A stretch of DNA of 64,000 bases from an uncultured Pirellula sp. (GCA_964633125.1 CAZWDN010000001.1:2827-66826); one strand, 5' to 3'. Counted from the stretch's first letter, positions 26,774 to 38,972 are shown. Translations and numbers: made by a program. The notes: a model not told the origin generated them from the sequence alone.

Positions 26774-27688
26774 TCACTTCGGCCGCGGTGTCGGCGTCTT
26801 GCGATTACTCCAGTTGTACTGCGACTGATTTCGGAAGCCGTTCACTCGAATCGTGCCGTCGGCCAGCACGTCCATTGTCGAGTAGCCGCTGTTGTCCGGA
26901 CCGGCCCCCTCGACCATCGCGACGAGCGTGCAGTAATGCACGCCTGCAATCTCCTGATGCTCGTTTTTGTGGCTATGCCCTTGAAAGACGGCCCTAACGT
27001 TTCCGGACGACTCCAAGGTTTTCCGGACCTCGGAAGCGTTCTTCACCGCGTGCTGTCCGGCAAGATCGAGTCGCTGATGGGCGAAGACGATAGTCGGCTT
27101 GTCGGTTGCTCGCAGATCAGCTCGCAACCAGTCGAGCTCATGAGCCGGGATATTGGCATCGAACCACACGGAGTTCTTACGACCGTAAGGCTTCCCGTCA
27201 GCCCGAAAACATGAATCCAGCACGACGAAGTGCAGGCCGCCCTCGTCGAACGAATAGTACGAGTCCTTCTTTCCAATCTCACCGAGGAACTCTTCCTTCG
27301 TCAACGTATCCACACAGTGATTTCCCAGCACGTAGTGCTTTCGACCGGGGAGCATATTAAACTTCGCGCTGACCTGCCGTAGATAGTTCATCTCGGCTTC
27401 GACCGAATCGGCCGCATCGACAAAGTCGCCCAACTCGACGACGAAATCCGGCTTGTCGATCATGAATTGCCGAGCCGCTTCCGCCAGCTTCGATAACGTG
27501 TCGCGATAGTGGCGAGTACCACGTTCAGGCTTATCGGCATGGTGCAAGTCGGTAACGAGCCCGACTCGCAGATTTGGTCGCGTTCGTTCAATCGCAAATA
27601 GATCAACCGCGGGCGAAACTCCCAGCAGAACTAGTGAACCATTACGAACAAAGGCACGACGGCCGAGCAGAGATCGGTTATCTTTCAT
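26774..27688 (-). CDS. Metallophosphoesterase with Tat-like signal
   Basis: Start at MKDNRSLLGRRAFVRNGS. Motifs: VGLVTDLHHAD, ELGDFVD, VLGNHC and FQGHSHKNEH. The ATG overlaps the stop of the upstream gene by 4 nt. Confidence 0.75.
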   Translation of the reverse strand: MKDNRSLLGRRAFVRNGSLVLLGVSPAVDLFAIERTRPNLRVGLVTDLHHADKPERGTRHYRDTLSKLAEAARQFMIDKPDFVVELGDFVDAADSVEAEMNYLRQVSAKFNMLPGRKHYVLGNHCVDTLTKEEFLGEIGKKDSYYSFDEGGLHFVVLDSCFRADGKPYGRKNSVWFDANIPAHELDWLRADLRATDKPTIVFAHQRLDLAGQHAVKNASEVRKTLESSGNVRAVFQGHSHKNEHQEIAGVHYCTLVAMVEGAGPDNSGYSTMDVLADGTIRVNGFRNQSQYNWSNRKTPTPRPK

Positions 27689-28158
27689 TCGGATCGTTCT
27701 CGCTTGAAAGTCACGAGAACGATGTCGCTGCCGGCGGACGACGAAAAATCGGCCGGCCGCCCTCGCTCCTTCGGCGCAAAGCACAGCTTGCGAGTCTTCT
27801 CGCCAAGCATGTAGATCCCGAGAAACTGTTTCCCGCTTCCCGCCCCATCCGTCGGCGTGAAGTCGATCGTCTTCGGGGTCGTCGTCGGATCAATACTGCT
27901 GGTTCCCTTGCTGATCTCCTTACCTTCGGAAAAAAGCGTCCATGTGCCGTCGGAACCGTTCAGCACGAGAAGTTGCCGGGCATCCTCTTCTTTGGCCGCC
28001 TTGCCTTGGATTTCCAAGCCCACAACGCGCCACGTGCCGTGAATTTGTTGCCGGTCGTTCTTGATTGCCGCATCCTTGGCGTCCTCGGCAATCGTTGTTT
28101 GGGCGGATAACGTCAGCGCGACTGCAACAATTAGTAATGCGTCCAAGCGACTCTTCAT
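27685..28158 (-). CDS. TIGR03067-like (planctomycete lipocalin-like) secreted protein
   Basis: 157 aa with a signal peptide. The pattern IHGTWRVVGLEIQGK..GTWTLFSEGKE..PKTIDFTPTDG..FLGIYMLGEKTRKLCF matches my memory of TIGR03067. Confidence 0.6.
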   Translation of the reverse strand: MKSRLDALLIVAVALTLSAQTTIAEDAKDAAIKNDRQQIHGTWRVVGLEIQGKAAKEEDARQLLVLNGSDGTWTLFSEGKEISKGTSSIDPTTTPKTIDFTPTDGAGSGKQFLGIYMLGEKTRKLCFAPKERGRPADFSSSAGSDIVLVTFKRERSE

Positions 28159-28471
28159 GACAATACTCCCCTATCGAGGACACGGGGACGATACGACCAT
28201 CCGAAGCGCCCTAATTCTATCTCGGCAAGTTTCCGGTAGATAGAATCGCGCTATTACGATTGCCGAGACCCTTCTCTGCGAAGCGCTTTGTATTTAATCT
28301 CCGCCGCGTGCATCGGCGATCCTTCGACAAAGCCGTCGCTTGGCAACGAGAAGCCCGGCTCGCAACCCGAAGCTGACGACCTATCTCGAAGCGAGGCGAA
28401 CGAAGCTGCCGACGAAGAAATGACTTCGGTCACACCTGAGATAGACGGCTTCACAACCTGACCGGCCACAG

Positions 28472-30211
28472 TCAGCGGATTCCATAAATCTCGCCGTCGT
28501 CATCAACGCCGATCTGCAATGCCGCCGGCACGGCCGGTAGCCCCGGCATAGTTGAGATGTTTCCAGCGAGGGCATACACAAAACCGGCGCCTGCCGCGAG
28601 CCTTACCTCGCGAATCGGAAGGCGAAAGCCCTGGGGCCGCCCGAGCCGCTTGGGATCGTGTGAGAAGGAGTACTGGGTTTTGGCGATGCAGACCGGCAAA
28701 TCGCCGAATCCGCCGCCTTGAAACGCTTCCAACTGTCGATGTGCGACGGGGTCGATATCCAAGCCACCGGCCCCGTAAATCTCCCGGGCGACCACCTCGA
28801 GCTTTTCCACAAGGGGCAGATCGTTCGGATACAGAAAGCGAAACTGACCGGGGAGTTTCGCAGCCGAGATCACGGCGCGAGCGAGTTCTTCGGCGCCCTC
28901 CCCGCCGCGAGCGAAGGCATCGCTGACGGCGACGTCCACGGCCCCGGCATCCAACGCCATCCGGCGCACGGCGTCCAATTCTCGATCGGTATCGGACGGA
29001 AATCGATTGACGGCCACGACCACGGGAATTCCAAACTTGCGCAAGATACTTATGTGGCCTTCGACGTTGCCCCGGCCGGCCTGCAAGGCGTCGCAATCTT
29101 CACTAAGAAGATTTGGCGGCAGCGTCTTTCCGGGTCGAACGATAAAGCGCCCGCTTTGATACTTCAGCGCGCGAACGGTACAAACCAAGACTTCGACGTC
29201 GGGAATGATGCCGCCGGCTCGGCACTTGATGTTGAAAAGCTTTTCGGCGCCGCAATCGGCTCCGAAACCGCTTTCGGTCACGACAAAGTCTGCTAAACGG
29301 ATCGCCGCCAAGTCGGCGAGTATGGAACTGTTTCCATGCGCGATGTTTCCAAAGGGTCCGGCGTGCACCAGCGCGGGAGTCTGTTCGCAAGTTTGAACGA
29401 GATTCGGACGAACGGCATCCCGCAATAAAGCCGTCATGGCGCCCGTGCAGCCGATGTCGCACGCATGAACTAGCTTACCGCTCTCATCTCGGCCGACGAC
29501 GATTCGGCTGATCCGCTTTTGAAGATCGGCGAAACTCGTCGCCAGCGCCAAGATCGCCATCACTTCCGAAGCGGCGGTGAGGTCGAACCCCGTCTCACGC
29601 CTTGCTACGTGGGGAACGTCGCCGGTTCCCGTGATGATTTGCGATAGAGCCTTATCGTTGAGATCGATGACGCGCCGCCAACAGATACTTGTCGGATCGA
29701 TTCGCGGTTCACACCCTCTGGCCAGGTGATTATCGACCATCGCGGCCAATAGATTATGGGCCGAGGTCACGGCATGCAGGTCGCCGGTGAAGTGCAGATT
29801 GAGGTCGTTCGTCGGCAGCAGACAAGCCCTACCGCCTCCCGCGCCGCCGCCTTTGTTTCCAAACACCGGCCCCATGGATGGTTGACGGAGCGTGGCGACG
29901 GCGCGTCGTCCTAGACGGCACAACCCCATGGCCAAGCCGATTGCAGTAACCGTCTTACCCTCTCCGAGCGGCGTCGGGCTGACTGCGGTTACGCCGACGT
30001 ACTTTCCGCGCGGCCGATCCGCCAATCGATTCTCAAGGCCCAAAGCCAGCTTGCCTTGGAACCAGCCCCTCGGTTCCACGTCGTCGGCGCCCAATCCTAA
30101 ATGGGCGGTAAGCGTCGCAATTCGCAGCGGTTCGATAGGATTCCTCGTTTCGTACGTCGGTGATGTAGATACCGTCGGAGATTCGCTCGGCGGCAGTGCA
30201 CTTAGTGCCAC
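28472..30211 (-). CDS. fhs: Formate--tetrahydrofolate ligase
   Basis: 579 aa with a GTG start. Hallmark VSPTPLGEGKTVTAIGLAMGL, plus collinear FTHFS-like sequence over the full length (..GPFGNIAHGNSS.., ..CIAKTQYSFSHDP..). Confidence 0.9.
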   Translation of the reverse strand: MALSALPPSESPTVSTSPTYETRNPIEPLRIATLTAHLGLGADDVEPRGWFQGKLALGLENRLADRPRGKYVGVTAVSPTPLGEGKTVTAIGLAMGLCRLGRRAVATLRQPSMGPVFGNKGGGAGGGRACLLPTNDLNLHFTGDLHAVTSAHNLLAAMVDNHLARGCEPRIDPTSICWRRVIDLNDKALSQIITGTGDVPHVARRETGFDLTAASEVMAILALATSFADLQKRISRIVVGRDESGKLVHACDIGCTGAMTALLRDAVRPNLVQTCEQTPALVHAGPFGNIAHGNSSILADLAAIRLADFVVTESGFGADCGAEKLFNIKCRAGGIIPDVEVLVCTVRALKYQSGRFIVRPGKTLPPNLLSEDCDALQAGRGNVEGHISILRKFGIPVVVAVNRFPSDTDRELDAVRRMALDAGAVDVAVSDAFARGGEGAEELARAVISAAKLPGQFRFLYPNDLPLVEKLEVVAREIYGAGGLDIDPVAHRQLEAFQGGGFGDLPVCIAKTQYSFSHDPKRLGRPQGFRLPIREVRLAAGAGFVYALAGNISTMPGLPAVPAALQIGVDDDGEIYGIR

Positions 30212-30644
30212 GGAGAAACGCCCAACCTTCGGCCGTTGCGGAACAATATTTAATCCGCTCCGACAGCGCCGCGATTAAACATTCAGCCGCCGACCACGTT
30301 ATCTCAATTGGCGCATCAAGCAAGGCGACGGGCCATGGTTCGATACCGCTTTAAGTGTGCGTAACACAACGACGAAGTGCAAACATGGACGTTGCTAGAA
30401 ATGTGCCGGCGATGATTCCGTCCATCGATAAAGCCCACACTGCTCGGCCAGTCGATCGGCAAGCTTGCGTTCCGCACCGACCGCCCGTGAACGCGCCGAG
30501 ACGACGACCGTGTCGAGTAACATGATGGCTGCTCCCGATGGGTTCCGATATGTTATTAGGAGCGTGCGCCCTCCCTCGGAGAAGTCCAGGCGTTTCGCCG
30601 AGCGCGCCCGCATCCCGCCAAATCTCACGCCGTCAGGTATTTCC

Positions 30645-32048
30645 ATGAACCCTATTGAACTGAACCGACGCCAGGCGCTCATCGCGGCCGGCATGGGTGC
30701 GCTGTCGCTGGGCATGCCGGGAACGGTCATGGGGAGCGACAAGCTGAACGCGCGCGGCGAAGCCGTCGCCGCCGAGAAGTCGTGCATCTTCGTGTTGCTC
30801 TGCGGCGGTCCGAGTCATATCGATACCTGGGACATGAAACCGCTGGCGCCCACTTCCATCCGCGGGCCGTATCAGCCGATCGCCACCAAAGTGCCCGGCA
30901 TGCGCATCAATGAGATGCACACGGAATTGGCGAAACTTACCGACCAGTTCACGTTGATCAATTCGATGACGCATCCCGGCGCCATCAGCAACCACTTCGA
31001 TGCAATGCACAACCTGCTCAGCGGTCAGTCGGCGAAGCGCGTCGAGCAGGGGGTGACGGACGACCAACCGTACATCGGTTCGTTCGTCGCTAAAGCCAAG
31101 CCGAGCAAGCGGAACATCGTCTCCAACGCATGGCTCATCAAGTGCGTGGGGCCGCCGGTATTCTGCGCGCCGAATCTCGGCATCGGCGGCTATATCGGTT
31201 CGGCCTACGCGCCGGTGTTCGTCGGTTCGGAAAAGAATCACCCCGCGCTCGACAATTTCTCCCCGCCCGAAATCTACGACCCGGTCGACCACGATCGGCT
31301 CGGTAAACGCCGTGCGTTGCTCTCCGATATCGAGAGCGACGTACTTGCCAAAGACGCTCGCGGGGCCGATTGGGGACAATTGCGCGAGAAGGGCTACGAC
31401 GCCTTGACTCGGAGAGAAGGGCGAGAGGCATTTGAACTGAATCGCGAGCCTGCAAAGGTGCGCGATCGGTACGGCCGCCATCCGCTGGGGCAAAACCTGC
31501 TGCTGGCCCGTCGCATGGTCGAAGCCGGCGTGCGGTTCGTCACCGTCAACGGCTGGGCCGGCCAAGCGCCGCACGATACGGCGGGCCCGCCCAGCAGTAG
31601 CTGGGATATGCACGGCGGCAACATGGGGATGGGCGACGCCTTCGGCAACGGCTCCTACGGCATGGGCTTCTGCCTACCGCGACTCGACCAAGCGCTGTCC
31701 GCGCTGTTTTCCGATCTCAAAGATCGCGGCATGATGGACAACACGCTGGTCGTCGTGACGGGAGAATTCGGCCGCACGCCGAACGTCCTGACGCAATCGC
31801 CCCCCGGACGTCAACATTGGCCGGGATGCTTTTCGGCCATCATGGCAGGCGCGGGAATCGCCGGCGGTCGGGTGTACGGCATGTCCGACAAACATGGCGC
31901 GTACGTCACGAACAATCCCATTCGTCCCGAAGAATTCGCGGCGACGATTTACCACGCTCTCGACGTGCCGATCAGCGATCCGCAGACGAATAGCGGTATT
32001 TTCCGCCCGCTCACGACCGGAAAGCCGGTGCTGGATTTGTTCGGGTAA
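30645..32048 (+). CDS. DUF1501 domain protein (sulfatase-fold, Tat signal)
   Basis: Start MNPIELNRRQALIAAGMGALSLG. Contains CGGPSHIDTWDMKP, VVVTGEFGRTPNV and RQHWPGCFSAIMAGAG. Confidence 0.85.
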   Translation: MNPIELNRRQALIAAGMGALSLGMPGTVMGSDKLNARGEAVAAEKSCIFVLLCGGPSHIDTWDMKPLAPTSIRGPYQPIATKVPGMRINEMHTELAKLTDQFTLINSMTHPGAISNHFDAMHNLLSGQSAKRVEQGVTDDQPYIGSFVAKAKPSKRNIVSNAWLIKCVGPPVFCAPNLGIGGYIGSAYAPVFVGSEKNHPALDNFSPPEIYDPVDHDRLGKRRALLSDIESDVLAKDARGADWGQLREKGYDALTRREGREAFELNREPAKVRDRYGRHPLGQNLLLARRMVEAGVRFVTVNGWAGQAPHDTAGPPSSSWDMHGGNMGMGDAFGNGSYGMGFCLPRLDQALSALFSDLKDRGMMDNTLVVVTGEFGRTPNVLTQSPPGRQHWPGCFSAIMAGAGIAGGRVYGMSDKHGAYVTNNPIRPEEFAATIYHALDVPISDPQTNSGIFRPLTTGKPVLDLFG

Positions 32049-32058
32049 GCCGCGAAAA

Positions 32059-32096
32059 CGCCGGGCATCCGCTCAAACACTTGCGGACGCCCGGCG
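32059..32096 (-). terminator. Hairpin between convergent genes; plausible intrinsic terminator for the minus-strand cytochrome gene
   Basis: CGCCGGGCATCCGC / GCGGACGCCCGGCG forms 13 bp with one mismatch and a 10-nt loop. On the minus strand the hairpin is followed by TTTTCGCG. It lies 20 nt past the stop at 32116 and 11 nt past the plus-strand stop at 32048. Confidence 0.5.
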
Positions 32097-32115
32097 AGAA
32101 TCGTCGCGCGGCGAG

Positions 32116-32550
32116 CTACTTCTTGTGCGCTTTGTGGCAGGCGGCGCACGCGGCCGTCATCGCCTTGAACGCGGTCTGTGCTTCTTCGGCGTTCTTAGCC
32201 TTCGCGGCCGCCAATACCTTCGCGCTTTCCTCCTTCAGCGTCTTGTTCGCCTCGGCCCACGTTTTGTCCGGACAACGACCGTCGTCCATCAAAACATGCC
32301 CCATTTCGTTCAGCAAACTGGCATGACACGCGAGCGTGTCCCACGCCTTGTCGTCAGCAGGCGCGCCTTCCTTCAGCATCTTCCCGATCGCGGCGCAGTT
32401 GGGCTGTACGACTCCGCGCATCAAATACTTGGTTTCCGCCGGCCGGCTCTTGCCTTGCGTTACTGCGCCTCCGGCAGAATCGAATACGACGGCCGTCGCG
32501 ACCAATGCGACCACACATAGCGACGCGCGCCCTGCAATTCGTTGAAGCAT
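32116..32550 (-). CDS. Class II c-type cytochrome (cytochrome c'/c556-like four-helix bundle)
   Basis: 144 aa with a signal peptide. A single heme motif CAACH lies close to the C-terminus (..MTAACAACHKAHKK). The body is helical and Ala/Lys-rich. Confidence 0.65.
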   Translation of the reverse strand: MLQRIAGRASLCVVALVATAVVFDSAGGAVTQGKSRPAETKYLMRGVVQPNCAAIGKMLKEGAPADDKAWDTLACHASLLNEMGHVLMDDGRCPDKTWAEANKTLKEESAKVLAAAKAKNAEEAQTAFKAMTAACAACHKAHKK

Positions 32551-33090
32551 GAAGATTCCTCCGAAACAAAACTAGGAGTGATTATGCGTGCGCAACTGAA
32601 ACAGACGACGCACGGCGTCGGCAAACGCGTCGTCATAATCAAAGCGCCGCTCGCGTCTGTCAAAACGATAGTCGTTGAACTGTTCGGCGACGTGTGCGAC
32701 ATCGAGACGAACCGGCGCGCATGCGCGACCAAGGCGGCACACCTGCGCCGTATCGGCACGATTCTGAAGCGGTGTCGGTGAAAAACAATGTCGGCAAGCG
32801 AACTCCATTTGATGCGGCGAATGCTCGATACCGACGGCCGCGCCGTGCGCAACTCCCTTCCATCGGCTTCTAACAACCGCGCCCCGTCGGTCCGTCATGC
32901 CGCGGAATTGCCGTTACCGTGGGGAAAACTCGGGCGCGATCGACCATGATCGATAACGCCGCGCGACGACCACTCGGAATTGGATGGCCGCGCGATCCGG
33001 CGCACCGTAAAATCGCCGCGTTGTTCGAGAGCCGTTGAAAGTTTGGCGGCTCGGCATTTCGATGCGGGGCGGATGCAGGAGAGATCGACG

Positions 33091-34095
33091 ATGAATCGCA
33101 GAGCCTTTCTAGCGGCGGGCGCCGTTTACTCCGCACTGGCCTGGACGCAACGCAGCCGCGCGGAATGGCAACCTAGCGAGCGTTATCCCGACCCGGCCGT
33201 CAGGATCATCGACCCCAGTTTCACGAAGTACCGTTTGAATCTCGCCAAGATTGAAAAGATCGCCTCGGGCATGCGGTGGAGCGAAGGGCCGGTCTGGTTC
33301 GGCGACGGTCGTTATCTGTTGTGGAGCGATATCCCCAACAATCGCCTGATGAAGTGGGAGGAGGAAACCGGGGCCGTAAGCGTGTTTCGCAAGCCTTCAA
33401 ACAACGCCAACGGCAACACGCGCGATCGTCAGGGGCGCCTCGTCACTTGCGAGCATGACGCGCGCCGCGTTACCCGCACCGAGTACGACGGCGCCATTAC
33501 GGTGATCGCGGACAACTTCGCGGGGAAACCTCTCAATTCGCCGAACGACGTCGTTTGCAAGTCCGACGGCTCGCTCTGGTTTACCGATCCGCCGTTCGGC
33601 ATTCTCGGCTTCTATGAGGGGCATGTGGCGAAGCCCGAACTGCCGACGAACGTGTATCGTTGGGACCCTCATACCAAACAACTTGCCGTCGTTGCGGGAG
33701 ACGTCCAGCGTCCCAACGGCCTCGCGTTCTCTCCGGACGAATCCAAGCTTTATATCGTCGAAGGGGGAGCCGCCCCGCGCGTGATTCGCGCATACGATGT
33801 GACGAACGACGGCGCCGGATTGTCGCGAGGGCGGATCCTCATCACGGCGGAACCCGACGGCACTCCCGACGGGCTGCGCGTCGACGTCGACGGCAACCTG
33901 TGGGTCGGCTGGGGCATGGGCAAAGCGGGGCTCGACGGCGTGTCGGTATTCAATCCGCAAGGGACGCTGATCGGCAGAATCGACCTTCCCGAACGATGCG
34001 CGAACCTTTGCTTCGGCGGCCGGCATCGAAACCGGTTGTTGATGTGCGGCAGCACCTCCGTGTTTTCACTTTTTGTGAACACGCAAGGCGCATGA
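33091..34095 (+). CDS. SMP-30/gluconolactonase/LRE family protein, Tat signal
   Basis: Start MNRRAFLAAGAVYSALA. Contains SEGPVWFGDGRYLLWSDIPNNR, NGNTRDRQGRLVTCEH, NSPNDVV and RPNGLAFSPDE. Confidence 0.8.
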   Translation: MNRRAFLAAGAVYSALAWTQRSRAEWQPSERYPDPAVRIIDPSFTKYRLNLAKIEKIASGMRWSEGPVWFGDGRYLLWSDIPNNRLMKWEEETGAVSVFRKPSNNANGNTRDRQGRLVTCEHDARRVTRTEYDGAITVIADNFAGKPLNSPNDVVCKSDGSLWFTDPPFGILGFYEGHVAKPELPTNVYRWDPHTKQLAVVAGDVQRPNGLAFSPDESKLYIVEGGAAPRVIRAYDVTNDGAGLSRGRILITAEPDGTPDGLRVDVDGNLWVGWGMGKAGLDGVSVFNPQGTLIGRIDLPERCANLCFGGRHRNRLLMCGSTSVFSLFVNTQGA

Positions 34096-34115
34096 TTCGC
34101 CGCCGCACCATAGGA

Positions 34116-35564
<1,449 letters not shown>

Positions 35565-35569
35565 CGCAG

Positions 35570-37921
35570 TCACTCGCGCGTGAAGGTTTCGTCGAGATTT
35601 AGTAATGTGCGGGCGGCGGTCAGCGTATCGAGTTCTTTCAGAACCGCGAGTTCGTCGGGCTTGGGCGAGCGGGTCGTGCAGCGACGAAAGGCGACGGCGA
35701 GTCCGTCTTTTTGAATGATTCGCTCCAATGCCTCGGCAAATTCGAAGAACCCGGCGTCGTTCATCAGCGTAAGCGCCTGCAGCGGCGTATTGCTGCGGAC
35801 GCGGCGAGTGCACGTACTAAACCCTTCGGGCGCATCAAACACGGTGAGCGAGGGAGGCGGCGAGGCGCGATAGACGAACGTGTACAGACCGCGACGATAT
35901 TTGTCGGCGCCCGGGCTCACGGCCCACACGCGCTTCACTTGTCCCTGGCCCATCACGCCGTCGGGGATCGGCGGATAGACCGACGGCCCGCCGATTTTGG
36001 GCGACAATAAGCCGCTCGCGGCCAGTGCGACGTCGCGCACCACTTCGGCGTCGAGCCGCAAGCGCTGCTGCCGCGCGAGAAGATAATTGTTCGGGTCCTT
36101 AGCGTGAACCTCCGGCCGGTTCGCGGAACTTTGTCGGTAAGTGCGCGACGTGACGATGAGCCGGTGCATCTCCTTGAGGCTCCATCGCTTCGCCATCAAC
36201 TCCACGGCGAGCCAGTCGAGCAATTCCGGATGCGAAGGAGCCGTTCCCTGCATGCCGAAATCGTTCTCCGTTTCGACGATGCCGCGCCCGAAGTATTGCT
36301 GCCACACGCGATTCATGATGACGCGGGCCGTCAGCGGATTTCGCGGGCTGACGAGCCACTTCGCGAGGTCCAGGCGATTCGGCCGGCCGCTCGGTTGATC
36401 CATGGGATGCAAGACGGCCGGAGTGCCCGGCGCGACCTCGTCGCCGGGCCGAGTAAAGTCCCCTTTAATAAGCACCGTCGTTTTGCGCGGCGTCGTCAGC
36501 TCGCGCAGCACCATCGTACTGGCGCCCTGATTGAGCACCACGTCGAGTTCGGTGTAGCGATCGTTCAGTTGCCGGAACGGCCCCACGCCGCCGATGCCTC
36601 CGGCGAAGAGCGTTCTTAGTTGCGCGAAGCTCCGCTTCTCCTTGGGAACGGCGAGAGTTTTCACAATGGCCGACGACATGCTCTTCTTGATTTCCGGAGT
36701 GAGGCCCGACTCCCATTCGGCGAGTTCGTCCGAGTGCTCCTTCATGAATGCGGCAATTTCGGTCTCCAGCTTTTTGAACTCGGCGGTCAGGCCGCTCACA
36801 TCAATGCTGGAGTCGAACACTTTCAGCGTCGGCTCGTCTTGGTTGTTCAGAAAGGCGAATAGACGGTAATACTCTTTTTGCTCGATCGGATCGAATTTGT
36901 GATCGTGGCACTGCGCACAACCAATCGTGAGGCCGAGCCAGACCGTTCCGGTCGTCGCGACGCGATCGAAGACGCTATCGATGCGAAACTGCTCCTTGTC
37001 GATGCCGCCTTCTTGGTTGATCTGCGTATTGCGATGGAAACCAGTGGCGATCTTCTGACTTTCAGCGGCGTCGGGCAGCAGATCGCCTGCGAGTTGTTCG
37101 ATCGTGAATCGATCGAACGGCATATCGGCGTTGAGAGCGTCGATGACCCAGTCGCGGTACTTCCAAATTTGCCGCGGCGCGTCGATCGAATAGCCGTTGC
37201 TGTCGGCGTAACGCGCCTGATCGAGCCACCAGCGGCCCCAGCGTTCGCCGTAGTGAGGACTCTCGAGCAACCGGTCCACCAACTCGCGGTACGCCGCGTC
37301 GGCGTCCTTGCGCCAATCTTTCAGGAACGCATCGGCTTCCGCGGGAGTCGGCGGCAGCCCGGTCAAGTCGAGCGACACGCGGCGGATCAACTGTTCCGGA
37401 CCGGCCTCGGGCGACATGGTGAGGCCCGCTTCGTCGAGCTTCCGCGTGATAAAATGATCGATCGCCGCGCCCCCTTCCGCTTTCACCGACGGGCGCACCG
37501 GCGCAATAAACGCCCAATGGGTTTCGTACTTGGCGCCTTGTTCGATCCACTGCTTGATCCGCGATCGCTGTACCGCGGAAAGGGCCGGCTTATGCGAACT
37601 CGGCGGCGGCATCATCACATCGGGATCGTCACTTTGGATGCGCGCCCAGAGTTCTGATTTCTCAACATCGCCCGGCACGACGGCCCGAATTCCGTCGCGA
37701 TCGCTCGTCGCGCCTGCAAACGTATCGAGTCGAAGGCCGGCCTCGCGATGTTTCGAATCGAAGCCGTGACACGCGAAACAGTTCTCCGAAAGAATCGGGC
37801 GGATGTGGCGATTGAACGATATGGTTTCGTCCGCCGCTACTGCAGCGGCGCTTGAGAGGCATATCGCCAAGATAGAGTAGACGCGTATCATGATCGGCTT
37901 CGGATTTCGAGAAGGCAACAT
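35570..37921 (-). CDS. PSCyt1/DUF1549/DUF1553 protein (planctomycete cytochrome-C-domain family)
   Basis: 783 aa with a signal peptide. It has the N-terminal NCFACHG (C-x-x-C-H), a DUF1549-like LIRRVSLDLTGLPPT and a DUF1553-like GCAQCHDHKFDPIEQKEYYRLFAFL. Confidence 0.85.
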   Translation of the reverse strand: MLPSRNPKPIMIRVYSILAICLSSAAAVAADETISFNRHIRPILSENCFACHGFDSKHREAGLRLDTFAGATSDRDGIRAVVPGDVEKSELWARIQSDDPDVMMPPPSSHKPALSAVQRSRIKQWIEQGAKYETHWAFIAPVRPSVKAEGGAAIDHFITRKLDEAGLTMSPEAGPEQLIRRVSLDLTGLPPTPAEADAFLKDWRKDADAAYRELVDRLLESPHYGERWGRWWLDQARYADSNGYSIDAPRQIWKYRDWVIDALNADMPFDRFTIEQLAGDLLPDAAESQKIATGFHRNTQINQEGGIDKEQFRIDSVFDRVATTGTVWLGLTIGCAQCHDHKFDPIEQKEYYRLFAFLNNQDEPTLKVFDSSIDVSGLTAEFKKLETEIAAFMKEHSDELAEWESGLTPEIKKSMSSAIVKTLAVPKEKRSFAQLRTLFAGGIGGVGPFRQLNDRYTELDVVLNQGASTMVLRELTTPRKTTVLIKGDFTRPGDEVAPGTPAVLHPMDQPSGRPNRLDLAKWLVSPRNPLTARVIMNRVWQQYFGRGIVETENDFGMQGTAPSHPELLDWLAVELMAKRWSLKEMHRLIVTSRTYRQSSANRPEVHAKDPNNYLLARQQRLRLDAEVVRDVALAASGLLSPKIGGPSVYPPIPDGVMGQGQVKRVWAVSPGADKYRRGLYTFVYRASPPPSLTVFDAPEGFSTCTRRVRSNTPLQALTLMNDAGFFEFAEALERIIQKDGLAVAFRRCTTRSPKPDELAVLKELDTLTAARTLLNLDETFTRE

Positions 37922-37970
37922 GTGGACGCAGCCGCAGCCGCAGGACGGACGGCTCGCGGCGACTTATGAC

Positions 37971-38972
37971 CTATTTGACGCGAACGAGCTTCATGATGCG
38001 GCCGTCGACGTTCCAGTCTTGGACGTAGAGATTGCCGTCTTTGTCCCAATAGGAACCGTGCGTGCCGCTAAACACGCCTTCGATCCACTGCGGTTGGGGA
38101 ACATTGAAGTTCGCCCGGGTCGCGGGATCGGAGTTGTGTCCGAGCACGGCGATGATCGTGTTGCTCTTGTCCAAAATGACGAGTCGTCCGTGCAGGTCCG
38201 GCACCGAGACGTAATCGCCTTGCACGGCCGCGGAAGTCGGCATGCCGAGACCGGTCGCCACTTCTTGCAGAAAGTTGCCTTCGAGATCGTAGTGCAATAG
38301 ACGGCCCTTCGGCGTATGGTTGCGATCGCAGATCAGCAATCGCGGCGGTTCGTAACGCGTATCGAGCGTCATGCCGTGCGCCGTATTGAACTGCTTGAGT
38401 TCGTTCCCCTTGGTTCCGAAATGCATCAGGTACTTGCCCGATTTGTCGAACTTGAAGATGTGGTTACTGGCGTAACCGTCGGAGAGGAAGATGTCGCCGT
38501 TGGGAGCGACGGTAATGGCCGTCGGGTTGAACTTCTTCAGATCGAGGCCGGATTCCTTCGGGAAGGGAAGACGCAAGGCAATCTCGCCGGTGCGGGCATT
38601 GAACTTGATGCCTTCGGCGCTGTTATTGCGAGCGCCGTAAATGAACTCGGCGTCCCCTTCGGCTCGGATTTCCATGTCGTGCAACATGGTGTAGTCGGGA
38701 CCGATGTATTCGCGAAGCACCTTCCCCTCCGGTGAGAAGACGACGACCCCCTTATTCGCGCTCACGTACACGCTGCCGTCGTTATCAATGACGACGGCGC
38801 CGTGAGTCGGGCCGAGAGCGGAGCGGCCGTCGGGGCGGAGCCCCCAGCCGGGCACGGTGTCGAACGTCATGAGTCCGCAACCCATGCGAACCGGTGCAAC
38901 CCTTTCGGCGGCCAAGGTAGGTACGGCGCAAAGTACGACGACGGCGGCAACAAATCGCAAGCCGAGGACCAT
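37971..38972 (-). CDS. NHL-repeat six-bladed beta-propeller protein (peptidyl-alpha-hydroxyglycine lyase-like)
   Basis: 333 aa with a signal peptide. The repeated pattern is ..HGAVVIDNDGSVYVS.., ..PNGDIFLSDGYASNHIFKFD.., ..AHGMTLD.. and ..DKDGNLYVQDW.. Confidence 0.65.
   Translation of the reverse strand: MVLGLRFVAAVVVLCAVPTLAAERVAPVRMGCGLMTFDTVPGWGLRPDGRSALGPTHGAVVIDNDGSVYVSANKGVVVFSPEGKVLREYIGPDYTMLHDMEIRAEGDAEFIYGARNNSAEGIKFNARTGEIALRLPFPKESGLDLKKFNPTAITVAPNGDIFLSDGYASNHIFKFDKSGKYLMHFGTKGNELKQFNTAHGMTLDTRYEPPRLLICDRNHTPKGRLLHYDLEGNFLQEVATGLGMPTSAAVQGDYVSVPDLHGRLVILDKSNTIIAVLGHNSDPATRANFNVPQPQWIEGVFSGTHGSYWDKDGNLYVQDWNVDGRIMKLVRVK

Noticed and set aside
28214-28246. 9-bp inverted repeat ATTCTATCT-N15-AGATAGAAT, 56-88 nt upstream of the TIGR03067-like gene start.
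   Set aside because: It could be an operator, but the repeat is short with a long spacer and no second copy. That is insufficient to call a regulatory site without comparative data.
30212-30420. Possible folate/purine riboswitch (ZTP/pfl or THF type) in the leader of fhs.
   Set aside because: I reverse-complemented the leader and looked for the conserved ZTP elements as I remember them (..ACUGGCG.., ..CCGCCUGGGC..). I found only weak partial resemblances (GTCGGCGG, GGTTGGGCG). A covariance-model scan (Rfam RF01750 and the THF families) would be decisive.
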